A DNA stretch of 64,000 nucleotides from the NCBI GenBank assembly GCA_965198235.1, contig OZ240248.1, forward strand, positions 544,001 through 608,000, read 5' to 3'. This document shows positions 21,477 through 32,193 of the stretch, piece after piece (position 1 is the first letter of the stretch; each line of letters begins with the position of its first letter). The notes below the pieces were generated by a model. The model had not been told where the DNA came from and ran no database searches. It saw nothing but the letters and a program-made list of their open reading frames with translations. The DNA comes from Candidatus Poribacteria bacterium. Lineage in GTDB: Bacteria; Poribacteria; WGA-4E; WGA-3G. Position numbers and translations under genes: made by a program.

Positions 21477-21582
21477 CACCGGTTTTCTAAGGCAAAGTTT
21501 TTACATTGTCCCATTGTTAGTCTAAATTATTGTAGGGCGAGGTCTCTGTGCCTCGCCCGTTACTACATTCAGGTTGAGCATT

Positions 21583-23004
21583 ATGGCAGAAAGTTTCTCG
21601 TTTTTCCAGAAAGTGAATAGGGATTTTGATAAAGCTGCCCAATTCACCGAATATCCGCCAGGACTTTTAGAGCAGATAAAGATTTGTAATAACTCCTGCC
21701 ATTTCACGTTTCCGATAAAACGGGACGACGGGACTATTCAAACCATTCATGGATGGCGCGCGGAGCATAGCCACCATAGCCTCCCAACGAAAGGTGGCAT
21801 CCGTTACAGTACCCTCGTCAACGAAGATGAGATAATGGCACTGGCGGCGTTGATGACCTACAAGTGCGCACTTGTTGATGTACCATTTGGCGGTGCCAAA
21901 GGTGGCATTCAATTGGATAGACGCGAATATTCAGAAAGTGAATTGGAGCGTATCACCCGCCGTTACACCTATGAATTAATCCAGAAGAATTACATCGGAC
22001 CCGGGGTAGATGTGCCAGCACCGGATTTCGGAACTGGTGAGACTGAGATGGCGTGGATTCTGGATACTTATATGACAATGGCACCTGATAAACTTAATGC
22101 TATCGCATGTGTAACAGGCAAACCGATCGAACAAAACGGGATTCATGGGCGGAGAGAGGCTACCGGGCGCGGTGTTGTTTTCGGCTTGCAAGAGGCATGT
22201 AGTGTCGCCGATGATATGCAGCAGGTTGGATTATCGCCGGGCTTACAAGGCAAAAGCGTCGTTATTCAAGGCTTTGGTAATGTCGGCTACCATGCTGCCA
22301 AGTTTCTGATGGAGGCGGATGCACACGTTATCGGGATTATTGAGCGAAATGGTGGCATCTATGATGTACACGGATTTGATGTCGAAAAAGTTGCTATGCA
22401 TCGTGCAGAGACAGGGTCAATCCAGGGGTATCCGGGTGCTGAACTTATTGAAAACCCGAACGATGGTTTGGAGTTGGCGTGCGATATCCTCGTGCCAGCC
22501 GCGCTTGAGAATCAACTCACAGCAGCAAACGCGCCCCGAATCAAAGCCACTATTATCGCCGAAGCCGCGAATGGACCCACAACACCGGCTGCCGATGAAA
22601 TTTTCCAAAAACGAGGGATCTTGATTATACCAGATACCTTTCTCAACGCTGGTGGTGTCACTGTCTCCTATTTCGAGTGGCTTCGGAATCTGTCGCATGT
22701 ACAATTTGGGAGGCTCGGTAAACGGTTTGAGGACCAAACCCAACACGCGATGCGCCGTGCTGTCGAGAAAGCGACTGGCTATAAATTCTCAGAAGATGAA
22801 CTTGAGTTGATACACGGTGCCGATGAGGAGGACCTCGTAAACTCTGGACTTCAGGATACAATGATAACTGCCTATCAGGAGATGCGTGAAACCTGCATGT
22901 ATTACAGCAGCAAAAACGGTGCTGTGGATTACCGAACGGCGGCATTTATCAATGCCATCCATAGAATTGCGAAATCCTATATGCAGCTGGGTATTTTCCC
23001 ATAA
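21583..23004 (+). CDS. gdhA: Glutamate dehydrogenase (Glu/Leu/Phe/Val family)
   Basis: [32 protein letters not shown] and [12 protein letters not shown] motifs. Confidence 0.92.
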   Translation: MAESFSFFQKVNRDFDKAAQFTEYPPGLLEQIKICNNSCHFTFPIKRDDGTIQTIHGWRAEHSHHSLPTKGGIRYSTLVNEDEIMALAALMTYKCALVDVPFGGAKGGIQLDRREYSESELERITRRYTYELIQKNYIGPGVDVPAPDFGTGETEMAWILDTYMTMAPDKLNAIACVTGKPIEQNGIHGRREATGRGVVFGLQEACSVADDMQQVGLSPGLQGKSVVIQGFGNVGYHAAKFLMEADAHVIGIIERNGGIYDVHGFDVEKVAMHRAETGSIQGYPGAELIENPNDGLELACDILVPAALENQLTAANAPRIKATIIAEAANGPTTPAADEIFQKRGILIIPDTFLNAGGVTVSYFEWLRNLSHVQFGRLGKRFEDQTQHAMRRAVEKATGYKFSEDELELIHGADEEDLVNSGLQDTMITAYQEMRETCMYYSSKNGAVDYRTAAFINAIHRIAKSYMQLGIFP

Positions 23005-23069
23005 AAGGAACGGAGGGATCGCGTTTTTTCTTAATAATCACGTTGCCATTCGCGAAAGGAGGGATACAA

Positions 23070-23675
23070 ATGGCTTATAGCAACTTTACATTAGCAGCGG
23101 TGTTGTCAACCTTTCAATTGGAAAAGGTTGAATCTATCGGTCTCTTTTCTGACAGCGAACCTGTGACACCGCGCCCCTATTTTACAGCGGAACTCGCAAA
23201 AAAGGTGCCGTTAGCAGCTGCCATCGGGACAGAGAAGGCCCGCTCGGAACTGATTGTTGCTGATGTCCTGTTTGAACTCCGCGAAATCTCAGAAGACCGA
23301 ATCAGTCTCTTTTCTGGGATCGACTTCAACGTTGATGCCGAACACGACTTGACAGGTGTATGCGATTTTTTGGTCAGTTTGTCGCCAGGACAAACTGTTT
23401 TAGAGGCACCCGTCATCATGCTCGTTGAGGCAAAAAAGGAGGACTTGATCGGCGGACTTGGGCAATGTGTCGCAGAGATGCTTGCCGCCCAATGGTTTAA
23501 TGCAGAAAAAGGAAATAACGTCTCCTGCACTTACGGGACTGTTACTTCAGGGACAGACTGGCTATTTCTCAAATTGGAGGCAAAGTGTTTGCACATTGAT
23601 TTAACCATCTACCAAATCGCGCAATGCAATAAAATCCTTGGTATCCTTACGAACATGGTCGCTCAAAAAGCGTGA
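23070..23675 (+). CDS. Conserved hypothetical protein, PD-(D/E)XK-like
   Basis: GVCDF...LVEAKK...GQCVAEM; AGGAGG SD. Confidence 0.7.
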   Translation: MAYSNFTLAAVLSTFQLEKVESIGLFSDSEPVTPRPYFTAELAKKVPLAAAIGTEKARSELIVADVLFELREISEDRISLFSGIDFNVDAEHDLTGVCDFLVSLSPGQTVLEAPVIMLVEAKKEDLIGGLGQCVAEMLAAQWFNAEKGNNVSCTYGTVTSGTDWLFLKLEAKCLHIDLTIYQIAQCNKILGILTNMVAQKA

Positions 23676-23706
23676 GACATTCGCGTACCCTTTTATGGAG
23701 AAAAAA

Positions 23707-24459
23707 ATGATAGCGTTAAGTGTGAATGTAAACAAAATCGCGACACTGCGAAACTCCCGAGGTGGCGATATTCCGGATGTGCTCACCGCTGTCGATACCT
23801 GCATCGCCGCTGGCGCGCAAGGTATTACTGTACATCCGCGCGAAGACCAACGCCATATCACCCCGGCAGATGTACAGGACATCGCTGAACGATTAACAGA
23901 AATCAATACTCAAGAATCACCCAACATTGAATACAATATCGAAGGCGATCCGAGACCCGACCTTATCGATATGGTGCTACGTACAAAACCGACACAGTGC
24001 ACGCTCGTTCCGGTTGTCGTAGGTGAAATAACAAGCCACACCGTCTGGGACATCCGCAAAGATGGCGATACGTTGAGATCGATCATCGAAGCGTTAAAAA
24101 ATGCAAATATCCGTGTGAGTCTATTTAGTGGAACTGATGTGGAACAGATAGCGAGAACGCGCGACATCGGCGCAGACAGAATTGAACTTTATACCGCACT
24201 TTACGCGATGGCACAGACAAAGCCGGAAATTGAACATGAATTTGCATTATTGGAAAATGCGGCGACGAAAGCGGTGGATTTAGGGCTTGGTGTCAACGCA
24301 GGACACGACCTTAATCTTGAAAACTTACCGTTGATGCAGAAATTATCGGGACTCCTTGAAGTCTCCATTGGGCATCATCTGATGGCGGACGCGCTCTACA
24401 TTGGATTGGAAGCCGCAGTCAAAGCCTATCGACGTGTGCTGGGGCAGCAGACGACATGA
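23707..24459 (+). CDS. pdxJ: Pyridoxine 5'-phosphate synthase
   Basis: LSVNVNKIATLRNSRG, TVHPREDQRH, NAGHDL and EVSIGH motifs. Confidence 0.95.
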   Translation: MIALSVNVNKIATLRNSRGGDIPDVLTAVDTCIAAGAQGITVHPREDQRHITPADVQDIAERLTEINTQESPNIEYNIEGDPRPDLIDMVLRTKPTQCTLVPVVVGEITSHTVWDIRKDGDTLRSIIEALKNANIRVSLFSGTDVEQIARTRDIGADRIELYTALYAMAQTKPEIEHEFALLENAATKAVDLGLGVNAGHDLNLENLPLMQKLSGLLEVSIGHHLMADALYIGLEAAVKAYRRVLGQQTT

Positions 24460-25097
24460 CAGAATCCAAAACATGTGCCATTTTCGATTTAGATGGCACG
24501 ATCATCCGACTCTCTTCAGAGCAGTTTTTTTTGACGTATCTGTTGAACCACGGCGAGATCCCTATACCGAATTTACTTGCGTGGACATTCAATTTTCTGA
24601 AGGTTAAGTCCCTACCAGTGGCGAAATCTAACAAAATCTACCTCCGTGGTTTAGAACAGGATCGCATCTATGAGATTGCACACCGCTGTTTTGTTGACAC
24701 ATTGCGTGCGAGTATCGCGCCTCACATTTCCGAATTGATATATGCCCACCGTGCTGAAGGACGAACAGTTATTCTCATGTCGGGTTCGTTGTCGTTCCTC
24801 GTTCAACCGTTCCATGAGCATTTTCAAACCGATATGATGGTTGCTCACGAGTTGGAAGTGGCTGACGGAAAGTTTACGGGACAGCGCATCGGACTACACC
24901 CTTTCGCGGAAAATAAAGCGAAACTCGCCCAACACCTCGCGACCGAACACGGGTTTGATCTGAGTGGTTCCTACGCATACGGAAATCACCACACGGATGC
25001 ATACAAACTGGAATTGTTCGGACATCCGGTTGCTGTCAATCCAGACCGGCAACTTAGGCGCATCGCGACAGAAAAGGGTTGGCACATAGAAGAATGA
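24456..25097 (+). CDS. HAD-IB family hydrolase (SerB-like)
   Basis: FDLDGT, SGS, YAYGN and AVNPD motifs. Confidence 0.88.
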   Translation: MTESKTCAIFDLDGTIIRLSSEQFFLTYLLNHGEIPIPNLLAWTFNFLKVKSLPVAKSNKIYLRGLEQDRIYEIAHRCFVDTLRASIAPHISELIYAHRAEGRTVILMSGSLSFLVQPFHEHFQTDMMVAHELEVADGKFTGQRIGLHPFAENKAKLAQHLATEHGFDLSGSYAYGNHHTDAYKLELFGHPVAVNPDRQLRRIATEKGWHIEE

Positions 25098-25112
25098 CTT
25101 CAGGAGACGGAT

Positions 25113-25850
25113 GTGAAAAAATCCGTGCCGAACATGATGCGACTTGAAAAGTATATTGCTACATCAGGAATCGCCTCCCGACGGGCAGTGAAAAGGAACA
25201 TCCAAGCCGGTTTAGTCACTGTCAACGGCGAACCGGTTTTGGTTCCGGGACACCCGATTAACATAGAGACTGATTCTGTTGAGTTTGAGGGGAAACAGGT
25301 CGAGCCGTTAGCAGAACACATCTATCTGATGCTAAATAAACCCGCAGGCTGCCTAACGACGCGCCGCGATGAACGCGGACGACCTACCGTCATGGATCTC
25401 GTTGCAGATCTGCCCGATACTCTCTATCCTGTCGGACGCCTGGATTTGGAGACCGAGGGACTTCTCCTCTTCACAAATGATGGAGACTTTGCTTATCGGT
25501 TGCTACATCCGAGCCATGAAGTAGAGAAAACTTATCTCGTGTGGGTGAAGGGTGTGCCGCGCGACGACGCGATTCAACAGTTGCGTCAGGGTGTTACGAT
25601 TCCGAGCGGAACAACGGCACCAGCGAAGGTCAAGCGTTTAAGAGTAAGTAAGGACAGCGCGACAACGAAATTTGAGATGGTGATTCACGAGGGAAAGAAA
25701 CGGCAGGTACGTTTAATGTTTAAAGCCGTCGGACATCCGGTAATCCGTTTGAAGCGGGTCCGAATCGGTAATTTGCGGTTAGGCAATCTTCCGTCTGGAC
25801 AGTATCGATTTCTAAGCCCAGGGGAGATCTCTGAGTTGATGTTATTGTAG
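25113..25850 (+). CDS. RsuA/RluB family pseudouridine synthase
   Basis: S4 domain (RLEKYIA...SRR); GRLDLETEGLLL and EGKKRQVR motifs. Confidence 0.93.
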   Translation: MKKSVPNMMRLEKYIATSGIASRRAVKRNIQAGLVTVNGEPVLVPGHPINIETDSVEFEGKQVEPLAEHIYLMLNKPAGCLTTRRDERGRPTVMDLVADLPDTLYPVGRLDLETEGLLLFTNDGDFAYRLLHPSHEVEKTYLVWVKGVPRDDAIQQLRQGVTIPSGTTAPAKVKRLRVSKDSATTKFEMVIHEGKKRQVRLMFKAVGHPVIRLKRVRIGNLRLGNLPSGQYRFLSPGEISELMLL

Positions 25851-25882
25851 ATGCGGTTAGAAACCGCATCTACCGGAAATTG

Positions 25883-26797
25883 TTAGTTGGAACTCGCCAA
25901 ATCTTTGACCCGTTCCAGCATTCCTTCGGCATTCTGCCTTATGTTCTCGTCCTTAGCATGGTGGGATAACTTCTCAAGCACGGCGATCGCGTCTTCAAAA
26001 TTCCCCTTGATGGCGTATGTTACGCCGAGATAGTATTGGGCGGGTTCATAGGCTTTGCTTTTCGGGTACGTGTCTATGACGGTTTTGAAGTGAGAGACAG
26101 CCTTTTCAAAGTACGTCTCCGCTTCTTCGCTGTTTTCAAGCATAGACCCTTCAACGAGCGTGCCGTAAGCGAGTCCCAATTGGTTGTGCAGGTTTGGGAT
26201 GAGCTTCGTGCGGTTTTTCGGATCATGCTCAAACGCTTTCTCACTGAACGAGACTGCTTTTTCAAGCTGCTTCCGTTCGAGGTAGGTAAGCGCGACTTGA
26301 GTGTTGAGTTTGGCATCGTCCGGTTTCTTTTTCAGTTCGTCGAGTTTCTTCGAAAAGACTCCCTCTTTTGCCAAAGCATCTTGCATAATCGGCGAAAACT
26401 GTTCCGGTGTGAGAAATCCTGAAGCCTTTTGGATGAGACCTCCATCTGGGCTGACGAACAGGACTGCTGGGTAAGCAGTGACACCGTACCGACTCCGCGT
26501 CTCTTCATTGATAGGATAATTCTTATCTTCTGGATTCACTTTGACGGGAACAAACTTTTCAGAAAGTTCAATAATGCGTGCATCCGTAAACGTTTCGGCA
26601 TCCAGCCGCTTACAGAACCCTCACCAATCGGTGTAGAAGTCCATCATCATCGGTTTGCCGATCTTCTCGGCTTTTGTCATGCCGTCCTCAAGCGTTTTTT
26701 CCCATTTAACTTCCTCGCTCGCGATGAGCGCGGGGACTGTGCCTACCATCAGCAGCAGGACACCGAGTGATATGCGGCGAAAAACAGTATTAAACAT
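25883..26797 (-). CDS. Secreted thioredoxin-fold plus TPR protein with in-frame UGA (predicted selenocysteine, UxxC)
   Basis: ATG 26797 after AAGGAG; signal peptide; DFYTDW-TGA(26623-26621)-GFCKRL continues in frame into ORF 26539-25883; 304 aa. Confidence 0.85.
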
Positions 26798-27023
26798 TAG
26801 TTTTCTCCTTTTTTGTTTAATAACGCTTTAATTTCCTTACAACTTCATTAATTTCAGTAGAGCGTGCCTCATAAATAAGATGTTTGGGGTTCATTCAATC
26901 AACCGTTACCTACAAACTGAAACAAGGGTAATCAATTGTGCCATACAAACCTCAAAATCGGGCTTACAAGGTTCCCCTCCCACGATTTATGAGATAGACT
27001 GTAGTATTATTAGTGCATTTGTA

Positions 27024-27224
27024 CTACTCTTCAGTTGCAGTCTCTTCTTCGCTCTGCTCAAGTGCAGCTGCGCTGGTTGTTTTGCTCGATAGCGTTGTCC
27101 GACACTTGAAACAGGTAATAATAATTCGGACGAGCTCTTTCTGTCTGCCAACGTAGGACTGCTTCTGCTCTGTTTGTACGTGCCTTTGGCAGCGAGGGCA
27201 CCACTGTTGTTTTGCCCCTAACAT
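27024..27224 (-). CDS. Small zinc-ribbon protein
   Basis: CPRC and CFKC; AAGGAG SD. Confidence 0.65.
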   Translation of the reverse strand: MLGAKQQWCPRCQRHVQTEQKQSYVGRQKELVRIIITCFKCRTTLSSKTTSAAALEQSEEETATEE

Positions 27225-27320
27225 GATTCACTCCTTTGTGAGGGTGTGTCCAGAATCAATGCCCTCTGCTCGCATGCAAGAAATAGACACACCTAATCAC
27301 GGTAAAAGTTCTCATTTTGT

Positions 27321-28709
27321 TCACTTTCCGACGCAGAACTGAGAGAAGATTCTATCCAAAATATCTTCAGTTGTTGTCTTACCGACAATGTCTCCGAGAC
27401 CGTCCAAACTGATTCGCAGATCGACAGCGACGAGATCGGGGGGCATACCGTTTTCGAGACTCTCTATCGCATAATTGAGTCCTTCGTTTGCGCGGCGGAG
27501 TGCTTCTTGGTGGCGAGCGTTTGTGACAATCGGCGATTCACCGACGACCCATTCGCCTCCAAGTAATTCCTCACAGATCGTAGATTTTAGGGCATCGAGC
27601 CCTTTGCCCTCAGGAATCGCTGTCTCGACAACCTGTTTTTTAGGACAGCGCACAAGCAATGTCGTTGATGGCGTCACAACCGGTAGATCCACCTTATTGA
27701 GAATAAGAATTGCCTTGGCTGATTGCGCCGTCTGTAAGAGTTCCAAGTCTGCGTTGTTCAGCGGTTGCGAGGCATCAAACATCAACAGTAGCAGTTCTGC
27801 CCTGTCAAGCACCGCTTTGCTCCGTTCAACACCTTGTTGTTCTACAATGTCATCTGTCGGTCGAATCCCGGCGGTATCAATGAGTTTCAACGGGATACCA
27901 TTGACGCTAATCGTTTCCTCAATTGTATCGCGTGTCGTGCCGGGTATGTCTGTAACGATTGCACGTGTTGCTCCAACGAGCGCATTGAGCAGACTTGATT
28001 TTCCGACGTTCGGTTTACCCAATATAGCGACATTGACACCTTCTGTGATAATCCTACCTTCTGCGGCAGTGTCGAGCAGTGCCGTTAAGTCGGTCTGAAC
28101 AGCACGCGCCGTTTCGAGTTGTGTCTCCATCTTCATGAAATCCAGGTCTTCCTCGGGGAAGTCGATGGATGCTTCAATTTCTGCGAGCAAACCAGCGAGT
28201 CGGTCGCTGAGGGAATTTACAGTATCAGAGAGTTTTCCGGCGAGTGCCTCTATAGCGATTTTTCGGCTTAAGTCTGTTTTTGAGGCGATGAGTTCGGCGA
28301 CCGCTTCCGCTTGTGCTAAATCCAGTCTTCCGTTGAGGAAGGCACGTTTTGTAAATTCTCCGGGTTCGGCGACCCGTGCCCCACTCTTCACCACCAAGTC
28401 CAACACTGCTGTGAGTGTTACGATTCCGCCGTGGCAGTTAAATTCGACGATGTCTTCACCGGTATATGTCTTTGGTGCGTGCATGATGCCGAGTAACACT
28501 TCGTCGATGACATTATCGGATGCGTTTGTATCTATGACGTGTCCGTATGTAAGCGTATGCGTTGACAGTTCTGTGGGAGACACGCCGTGCGGTGATCGGA
28601 ACAATTCAACGGCGATCGGTAGGGCAAGGTCACCACTCACTCGGACGATCCCGATGCCGGCTTCACCCCGTGCCGTTGCGATGGCTGTAATCGTATCGTG
28701 GAAATTCAT
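27321..28709 (-). CDS. mnmE: tRNA modification GTPase
   Basis: DTITAIAT, GKPNVGKSS, PGTTRD and DTAG motifs; C-terminal FCVGK. Confidence 0.97.
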   Translation of the reverse strand: MNFHDTITAIATARGEAGIGIVRVSGDLALPIAVELFRSPHGVSPTELSTHTLTYGHVIDTNASDNVIDEVLLGIMHAPKTYTGEDIVEFNCHGGIVTLTAVLDLVVKSGARVAEPGEFTKRAFLNGRLDLAQAEAVAELIASKTDLSRKIAIEALAGKLSDTVNSLSDRLAGLLAEIEASIDFPEEDLDFMKMETQLETARAVQTDLTALLDTAAEGRIITEGVNVAILGKPNVGKSSLLNALVGATRAIVTDIPGTTRDTIEETISVNGIPLKLIDTAGIRPTDDIVEQQGVERSKAVLDRAELLLLMFDASQPLNNADLELLQTAQSAKAILILNKVDLPVVTPSTTLLVRCPKKQVVETAIPEGKGLDALKSTICEELLGGEWVVGESPIVTNARHQEALRRANEGLNYAIESLENGMPPDLVAVDLRISLDGLGDIVGKTTTEDILDRIFSQFCVGK

Positions 28710-28815
28710 AGAATAGTTATCAGTCGTCAGTTGTCAGTTTTAACCATCAACTCGTGCTTTAACATTTATAACGGAGGCGAGTTGATGGTTAAAGTTAAGT
28801 GTGTGGTGACGGCAA

Positions 28816-28960
28816 TTGACATACTCCCCCGCTAAAGCAGGGGGTTCTTGAATCCCGCTTGCGCGAGGTGGATTGTGGGATCAACAAGGGTTGCTTGCGA
28901 TAGCAAGTCTAACACCCTCTCCTCCAAATGAATTAGCGGGTTTTAGACTCGGAAACTTTG
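28816..28960 (-). mobile_element. 145-bp non-autonomous IS200/IS605 derivative (left end fused to omegaRNA-like right end, no ORF)
   Basis: Minus strand TTAT|CAAAGTTTCCGAGTCTAAAACCCG resembles the tnpB element left end; ends with hairpin CCCCTGCTTTAGCGGGG then AGTATGTCAA. Confidence 0.7.
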
Positions 28961-29045
28961 ATAAACGTAACTGCCACAAACATCTCTTTAACTGAAAACT
29001 GTTCTCACTGCGAAGCATGAAGACTGACGCCCATTCCCCGTTCAC

Positions 29046-29669
29046 TTAAGGTTGTTGCGTTGTGACGACGACGCGCCGCATTTCACCCTCGCCTTGGCTG
29101 TAGGTAGACACGACTTCGTCCCCTTTTAAGGCGACATGAATAATACGCCTGTCGCGTGCGGACATCGGTGCGAGGACGACTTCCCTGTCGGTATATCTGA
29201 CCTTTTCAGCGACTTGGTGTGCCATTTCGACGAGTCGTTCTTCTCGGCGTTCTCGATAGCCTTCTGTGTTGACGAAAACGCGTCTTTTTACAAGCGAGGC
29301 TTTGTTAACGATACAATTAAGCAAACGTTCGATCGCATCGAGAGTCTGCCCGTGTTTCCCGATGAGCAGTGCGGGGCTGTCGGTGACAACATTGAGGTGT
29401 GTGCTTCCGTCAACAAAGCTTGATTCGACCTCTACGTCAATTCTCATCCGACTGAGCATCTCCTTTAGGATTGTCTCCGGTGCGGAAGAGACATCTTGTT
29501 TGAGTGTTGCTCGAATCTTTGCCGGTTTAGCACCGAAATTCAAAATCCCTTTCGTAGGTTCATTGACGATGTCAATTGTGACCTGATCCCGAGTTGCCTC
29601 GAGTTCGGTCAGCGCGTGTTCAATTGCTTCCTCCACTGTATCGCCTTCGGTTTCGATATAGTGCTGCAC
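29046..29669 (-). CDS. jag: Jag/KhpB (EloR) RNA-binding protein
   Basis: TVEEAI N-domain, LIGKHG KH motif and RRIIH R3H motif; lies between yidC and mnmE. Confidence 0.92.
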   Translation of the reverse strand: MQHYIETEGDTVEEAIEHALTELEATRDQVTIDIVNEPTKGILNFGAKPAKIRATLKQDVSSAPETILKEMLSRMRIDVEVESSFVDGSTHLNVVTDSPALLIGKHGQTLDAIERLLNCIVNKASLVKRRVFVNTEGYRERREERLVEMAHQVAEKVRYTDREVVLAPMSARDRRIIHVALKGDEVVSTYSQGEGEMRRVVVTTQQP

Positions 29670-29980
29670 AAGTTAATATCCTCTTTTTAATTATACCTTG
29701 CGGTTCGGTCAAGTGGATTAGTGATTTCACGTGCCTTTACGTATATCTGAAGAAACACCCAAGCAAAAACCCTGCGCCGTTGTTGCAGGCTGCGTTCTCG
29801 TTAAAACCGCACAAACTAACAGTTTATGCTACAAGACGTTGAGGCTTAACCGAAAACCTCTTAACTGACTGCTGAAAGCGAACCGACCCGAAGGATGATA
29901 GCCATTCACCAGAAACCCGCTCGTAACGAAGTGGAGAGCGGCCCAGGCGCAATAGTTAAAAAACTTGCGGGACAATAGTT

Positions 29981-31819
29981 TTACTTTCGTTTGGAGTTGT
30001 TCCTTTTTTTCGTGTCTGCTGGTGCGGACTGATCTTCGTCAGTCTCGTTTCGGTTCTGCAAGTATTGTTGTGCTATCGTGAAAACGTTATTGCACAGCCA
30101 ATACAACACAAACCCGGATGCCCAGTTATAAAAGATGAAGATAAAAATGAGGGGCATAAACTGCATTAATTTTGCTTGCATATTGTCCGTCGTTGGTGCC
30201 ATATTACCGACGAATTTCTGTTGGAGCCAAGTTGTCAAACCATTTATTATCGGCAATAGACGGACGGCATCTATCTGCGTGACAATCAATGGAATCGTGA
30301 AAGGCAATTCGATTAAAGTGTCAGGTGCAGAAAGGTCATCAATCCATAAAAGGAAGGGTGCCCCACGGAGTTCCACTGCGCTTCCAAGAAGTGCGAAGAG
30401 TGCCCAAAAAATCGGAATTTGTGGAAGCCATGGTATACAGCCACCTAACGGGTTGACACCGTGTTCCTTATAGAGTCGCATTGTAGCGCGATTGAGTTTC
30501 TGCGGGTCATCCCTGTATTTCTCCTTCAATTCCACTAACTGCGGTTGAAGTTTCTGCATCTCCTTCATAGATTTATGTGCTTTGCGTGTGAAAGGATAAG
30601 AGATGACCTTCACCAAAGCCGTCAGTAGGATAATCGCGATGCCGTAGTTTCCAAAGATACCGTGCAAACCTTTGAATACCCAGAGCATTCCCCATGCGAG
30701 GGGCCAGAAGAATCCGAAGTCGATGACTTTCGAGAGCCGCACTGGGTTTTCAGGTGCATTCGGTGCCTCTATACTTTTTAGGATTGTATCGTTCTTCGGT
30801 CCGACGTAGAGCCGGAAAACATCCGTTCTCTTCCCCTGTGCCGCGAGATAAAAACTCGGTACTACGAGTGCAGCGGTCTCTGTTGGTGCGGTGACAGCGA
30901 TATCGGTTGTAACATTTGCCTGTGGTGTCTCTATAAATCTATATGTAGCGGCAAGCTGCTGATCTGGGATCATCAATGCGCTGAAGTACTGGCTGTCCAT
31001 ACCTGCCCAGAGAACTGTCGCTAAAGCCTGTTCAGATTTGAGTTCACGCCTCGGTTTGTCCTCACCGATATAAGCTTTTGCACCTTCACTGCCGCGTCGC
31101 CCACGTTTGCCGCTCTTCTTTTCATGTGGGAGCAGATCGGCATTGATACCTCGTCCCCATTGAAGTTGGTATCCGTTTGTGGGTTCGGTTCCACCCATAA
31201 GCAGCGGTTCGTCAGAGACATTTTGGAAGGTTACCGCCATGTCAACGAAATAGCTGCCCGGATTGAAGGTGAACTGCTTCGCGACCTGTAGTTTTTCCTC
31301 AATTGTTGTCTTAAAAGTGAGTGTTTTAGGGTGTTGCCCATCTGCGATGCTTATTTTCGATCTATCTGCCTGCCATGTCGCGAGGCGGTGATCAAGGTTA
31401 CGCTGCAACTGTTGATTTCCTAACCGAATTTCAAGGCAGTTAAGCGCGTTATCCGGAATTAAGTTCAAAGGGGTTTTGTCTGCATCTGACCGGTCCGGAA
31501 AATGATTTAACTGCCACTTTTTGGTGATTGCGAGTTTTTCGTTAAAGACGATATTATAGTTATCGGTTTGGACATTAACTTCTGTATCGTCTGGCCTTTC
31601 CTCACTTGGAGCCCAGAGGTCAGGGTTGAGAGACACGTCGGTTTCATCGAGTGTTCCCTGCGTTGCGGTATCCGATTGTGTTTCGCTTGGACTTGATGCT
31701 GGTCTCTCGGTAGTTGCAGGTTCATCGGGTTGAGGGGCGAAGCGTTTGCCGAAAAATAGGCTCCATCCGACCATCACAGCAATCATTAGAACCAATGCAA
31801 GAATGTAACGTACTCCCAT
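29981..31819 (-). CDS. yidC: Membrane protein insertase
   Basis: DFG, GNYGIAIILLT, GVNPLGGC and LYW motifs. Confidence 0.95.
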   Translation of the reverse strand: MGVRYILALVLMIAVMVGWSLFFGKRFAPQPDEPATTERPASSPSETQSDTATQGTLDETDVSLNPDLWAPSEERPDDTEVNVQTDNYNIVFNEKLAITKKWQLNHFPDRSDADKTPLNLIPDNALNCLEIRLGNQQLQRNLDHRLATWQADRSKISIADGQHPKTLTFKTTIEEKLQVAKQFTFNPGSYFVDMAVTFQNVSDEPLLMGGTEPTNGYQLQWGRGINADLLPHEKKSGKRGRRGSEGAKAYIGEDKPRRELKSEQALATVLWAGMDSQYFSALMIPDQQLAATYRFIETPQANVTTDIAVTAPTETAALVVPSFYLAAQGKRTDVFRLYVGPKNDTILKSIEAPNAPENPVRLSKVIDFGFFWPLAWGMLWVFKGLHGIFGNYGIAIILLTALVKVISYPFTRKAHKSMKEMQKLQPQLVELKEKYRDDPQKLNRATMRLYKEHGVNPLGGCIPWLPQIPIFWALFALLGSAVELRGAPFLLWIDDLSAPDTLIELPFTIPLIVTQIDAVRLLPIINGLTTWLQQKFVGNMAPTTDNMQAKLMQFMPLIFIFIFYNWASGFVLYWLCNNVFTIAQQYLQNRNETDEDQSAPADTKKRNNSKRK

Positions 31820-31882
31820 CGAGATTAGATGCTCCTCATTTTTTGTGTTTCTTAAATATATTAATTATTGAAGTTTGCCCTG

Positions 31883-32179
31883 CTATTTTAGAGGATCAAA
31901 GCCTCCCGGATGGTAAGGGTGGCATTTTGAAAGTCGTTTCATTGTTAGCCAACACCCTTTGAACGTGCCGTAGCGCTTTAACGCTTGGAGTGCATATTGC
32001 GAGCAGGTCGGATAGAATCGACAGGACGGTGGTAACAGCGGTGAAATAAAGCGTCGATAAAAGTGGATGGGTTGTAGAAGTATCACTGTCCCGTCCAACT
32101 TACAGCGTATCCGCTGGCTCCTACTTTGGTTTACATCTTCTTCGTGGTGCTTGCAATGTGGCACGCCTCTATTCCTCAT
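31883..32179 (-). CDS. yidD: Membrane protein insertion efficiency factor
   Basis: [18 protein letters not shown] and [11 protein letters not shown] motifs. Confidence 0.93.
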   Translation of the reverse strand: MRNRGVPHCKHHEEDVNQSRSQRIRCKLDGTVILLQPIHFYRRFISPLLPPSCRFYPTCSQYALQALKRYGTFKGCWLTMKRLSKCHPYHPGGFDPLK

Positions 32180-32193
32180 TGACAGCTATCGTT

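Noticed and set aside
20718-21479. 253-aa minus-strand ORF
   Set aside because: Antisense shadow of the NHL-repeat gene.
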